Part shown: one piece after another, positions 61,424 to 64,000 of the stretch
Numbering within the stretch: the stretch's first letter is position 1
Layout: every line of letters begins with the position of its first letter
Assembly (NCBI GenBank): GCA_043228905.1
Contig: JBHGNT010000001.1
Coordinates: 26,040,001 to 26,104,000 of the forward strand
Source: Azolla caroliniana
Lineage: Eukaryota > Plantae > Polypodiophyta
DNA length: 64,000 nucleotides
Reading direction: 5' to 3'
The notes under the pieces: generated by a model
The model's input: only the letters and a program-made list of their open reading frames with translations
The model's database searches: none
Told to the model about the DNA's origin: nothing
Translations under genes and position numbers: made by a program

Positions 61424-64000
61424 GCGCGCTCTGTTGTGTATTTGTTATTCGTTAATATACAAACTTTTGTGTCTCTCTGTCTCTGTGTCCATTCGTGTTC
61501 TCTGCGTTGACGGGCCGTGTCCCTGTGTTTCTTTGCTCATACGTAACCGATCGTCTCTCTCTCTTTCTCTTTCCCCTCCTATCACCTGTTCTTCGGTTCA
61601 AGACCCCGGTGGTCCCGCCTTGTTTTCTCCACGCACGCGCGTAGCAATGCGACATATTTGGTGAACCCGACGTGAAACAGGCGGCAGAGGAACAGAAGAT
61701 GAGGGGGTCAGATCTTGCAGAGGCCATGGCTTCGGCCGTGGACCGGATAGTGAACGCGCGCGAGGGCACCGGCTCCCTTGATAGGGCTATTGAGGCGATC
61801 GTCGGTACGATCGGTCGGTTCAGTGGAAAGGATGCCACGAGTTATTTGGCGTCCTACCGGGCGGAGATGTTGATGAGGGATATTCTGGAGGAGAGGCGTC
61901 TTGCCGGATTCCCTCGAGTGGCGATGCCGGGCATCCATGCGGAGGTGCTCGAGGTCCGGGCGGAGAGCCGGACCTGGGAGGAGTTCGAAGGACGGCTCCG
62001 GGAGAAATACGGGTTGGATGACGCGCTTCGACTTTCGAAGCGGGGCTTCATGGAGTGGGTGGAGTCCCCCATCAAAGAAAGAAATGCGTCGGTACTCCTC
62101 CGGGAGTTTGAGGAACGCTTTGCGCGCCTTTCGGTGCTCGATCAGACCGTTCTGGACACAAGTCGTGTCCTACTGTTTGTCAAATCGGTTGACGCACGGG
62201 ATCGGGAGCAAGTGGGCTCCTTACTGGAAACCGAAGACGGGGTGATGGCCGACTGGGCTGTGGTAAAAAGAGTTTGCGGCCGTTTTGACAAACGGTGGGA
62301 GTGGACTGATACAGGGGCGACCGGGGCGGGTCCTGTCGCAGCAAGGAATTTCGAACCGATACCGCAGGCGTGATGGGAAGAGGCCCGGGAGTGGCTCGAA
62401 ACCGGTTCGGCTTCGATCGGCGTGGTCAGAGGCTCGTCTGGGGGGACAACTTTGGAGGAGTTGACACGGGCGGTAAAGGATCTCTAGATCGCCCAGGCTC
62501 GGAGGGAAGGTGGCGAACAGGCTCGTGACCGACGGCCTCCGGCAGGAAATAGGTGCATGTGGTGCGACGAGGTCAGCCACATCCGGAAAGACTGCGGGTA
62601 CTTTGCGGAGGCTTTGAGAAGTCGGGTAGTGTACCTATGGGAAGGTCGGGCGCACGACAGCGATACCCATAGGGCCCTGAACCGAAACGACGGGCGAGGA
62701 GGAATGAAAAGGCTGATGGAAGAGGCGGCGGCCCGGCACACGGAGACCGTCCACTACTCGGCGTCAGCCGACATTCGGGTCGGAGGCAGCGAGGCCCGGA
62801 AGGAGAGCAAAGCCGGGTTTTGGCCGACGGTGCTGGAAGGCCTCGCCGGTGCCCGACTAAAGAAAGACGAGGCCGACCGCGCGGAGAAGCGGGTCTAGGG
62901 GGGTAACCGGGTGGAGTGACCCGATCGAAGAAAAGACGGGTTTCGTTGAAGCGGCTTGCCAGAACTACGAGGCTCTGGTTGAAGAAAAACGGGTAGGTAA
63001 AACCGGAGGGGCCGGACCCTCACAAAGATATGAAACCCGATTCGGGCCAAAACGGAACGAGGCCGGTGAGACCAGTGCCCGGGATAACCACAAGAAGGGC
63101 GGATACCACGAACCTACGAAAGGTCCTGGAAGAACGAATCCTCGAGAAGAAGGTGGAACTATCGTTGCGGGAGGTGCTCGGAATCGCCAAGAAGGAGTTC
63201 CACGACTCCATCGTAGACTTGGTGAAGAGGGAAGAGGCTGTCGACGGAGACAGAACCGGAAAGGCCGGTGGACGTGCAGACGACTCACATAGAGGACATG
63301 GCGCTGGAAGACGAGTGGGCGGAGAGCCACTACTCGAGGCCACACTGGGCCCGAGCGACCACGGAAACCCCGGTGAAGATCGGAGATGTTCAGGAACCGG
63401 TGGTGGCGTTCGTGGACCACGGTTCGGAAATAAACCTGATGTCCATGGACTTCTACAAGAAGGGGAAACGAACATACGGAGTCGGTCCGGAAGATGAAGG
63501 AGGCTCTTGCTGCAGCTCCGGCACTCTGGACGACTGTCTACGAGAAAGGCACTCCCGTCTACATAACGGTAGATACGAGTCCGACCGGGATCGGATGGGT
63601 CGTCAACCAAGAAGATGAGGACGGCATTCGGTTCCCAATCCAGTTCGGCGCGAAGGTCCTCAGCGAGCGACAGCGAGGATACGCCTAGGTTAAACGCGAA
63701 CTCTGGGGTATCATTTCGGCGGTGAAGGCCGATAAAGACTATCTGATCGGGACAGAGGTGATTATCGAGACGGACTGCCTGCCGATTCCCGGCATGGTTT
63801 CCGGATGCGCTACCCCAGACCTGGCAATGCTCAGGTGGATAGCTTACATGAAGTCCTTGGATCCGAAAATACGACACATTTCTGGGAAAGACAATGCCAT
63901 GGCCGACATGCTTTCGAGGGCGCGATTCGACGACGAGTGCGGCATGGTTTCGAAGGACGAGGAAGTTGGTGTGGACTTCTTCGAGACGGCTTAAGTAACA
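61424..64000 (+). mobile_element. Family A copy A4: 3' part of the 5' LTR (to 61654), PBS, gag-PR, RT deleted, RNaseH; runs off the window
   Basis: Gag 61699-62373, CMWCDEVSHIRKDC, FVDHGSEIN, then a direct jump at ~63468 to EHTESVRK..VDTSPTG (about 1.8 kb lost relative to A2). Confidence 0.9.

Overview
Eukaryotic, transposon-saturated heterochromatin from a land plant (bryophyte-like; inferred from the 26S rRNA fragment, the plant-type tRNA primer sites and the TE families). No intact cellular gene was found. 1-5.8 kb: decayed Ty3/gypsy pieces. 5.8-20.5 kb: AT-rich old TE debris with a short LINE stub. 20.5-31.5 kb: a 5'-truncated LINE (17-bp TSD) holding two copia-type solo LTRs; one is split by a full-length L1 inserted in its (AG)n tract, the other by a 2.6-kb 26S rRNA fragment. 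31.7-64 kb: a GC-rich nest of two gypsy lineages. Family A has a tRNA-Trp PBS, Gag-PR and Pol in separate frames, 4-bp CG-centred target sites and a gag-only relative, X. Family B has a single gag-pol, a 985-codon extra sense ORF and a 5-bp TSD. The strongest candidate for something undescribed: family B has no polypurine tract. Next to the 3' LTR of two diverged copies sits a sense copy of a tRNA-Arg(UCU)-like 3' end including CCA, i.e. a second, inverted PBS, which suggests tRNA priming of both cDNA strands. Also notable: a covarying -1 frameshift pseudoknot after the protease in family A, CpG-centred integration, and rRNA capture inside an LTR through microhomology switches. All tRNA and family assignments come from recalled consensus sequences, not from database searches.
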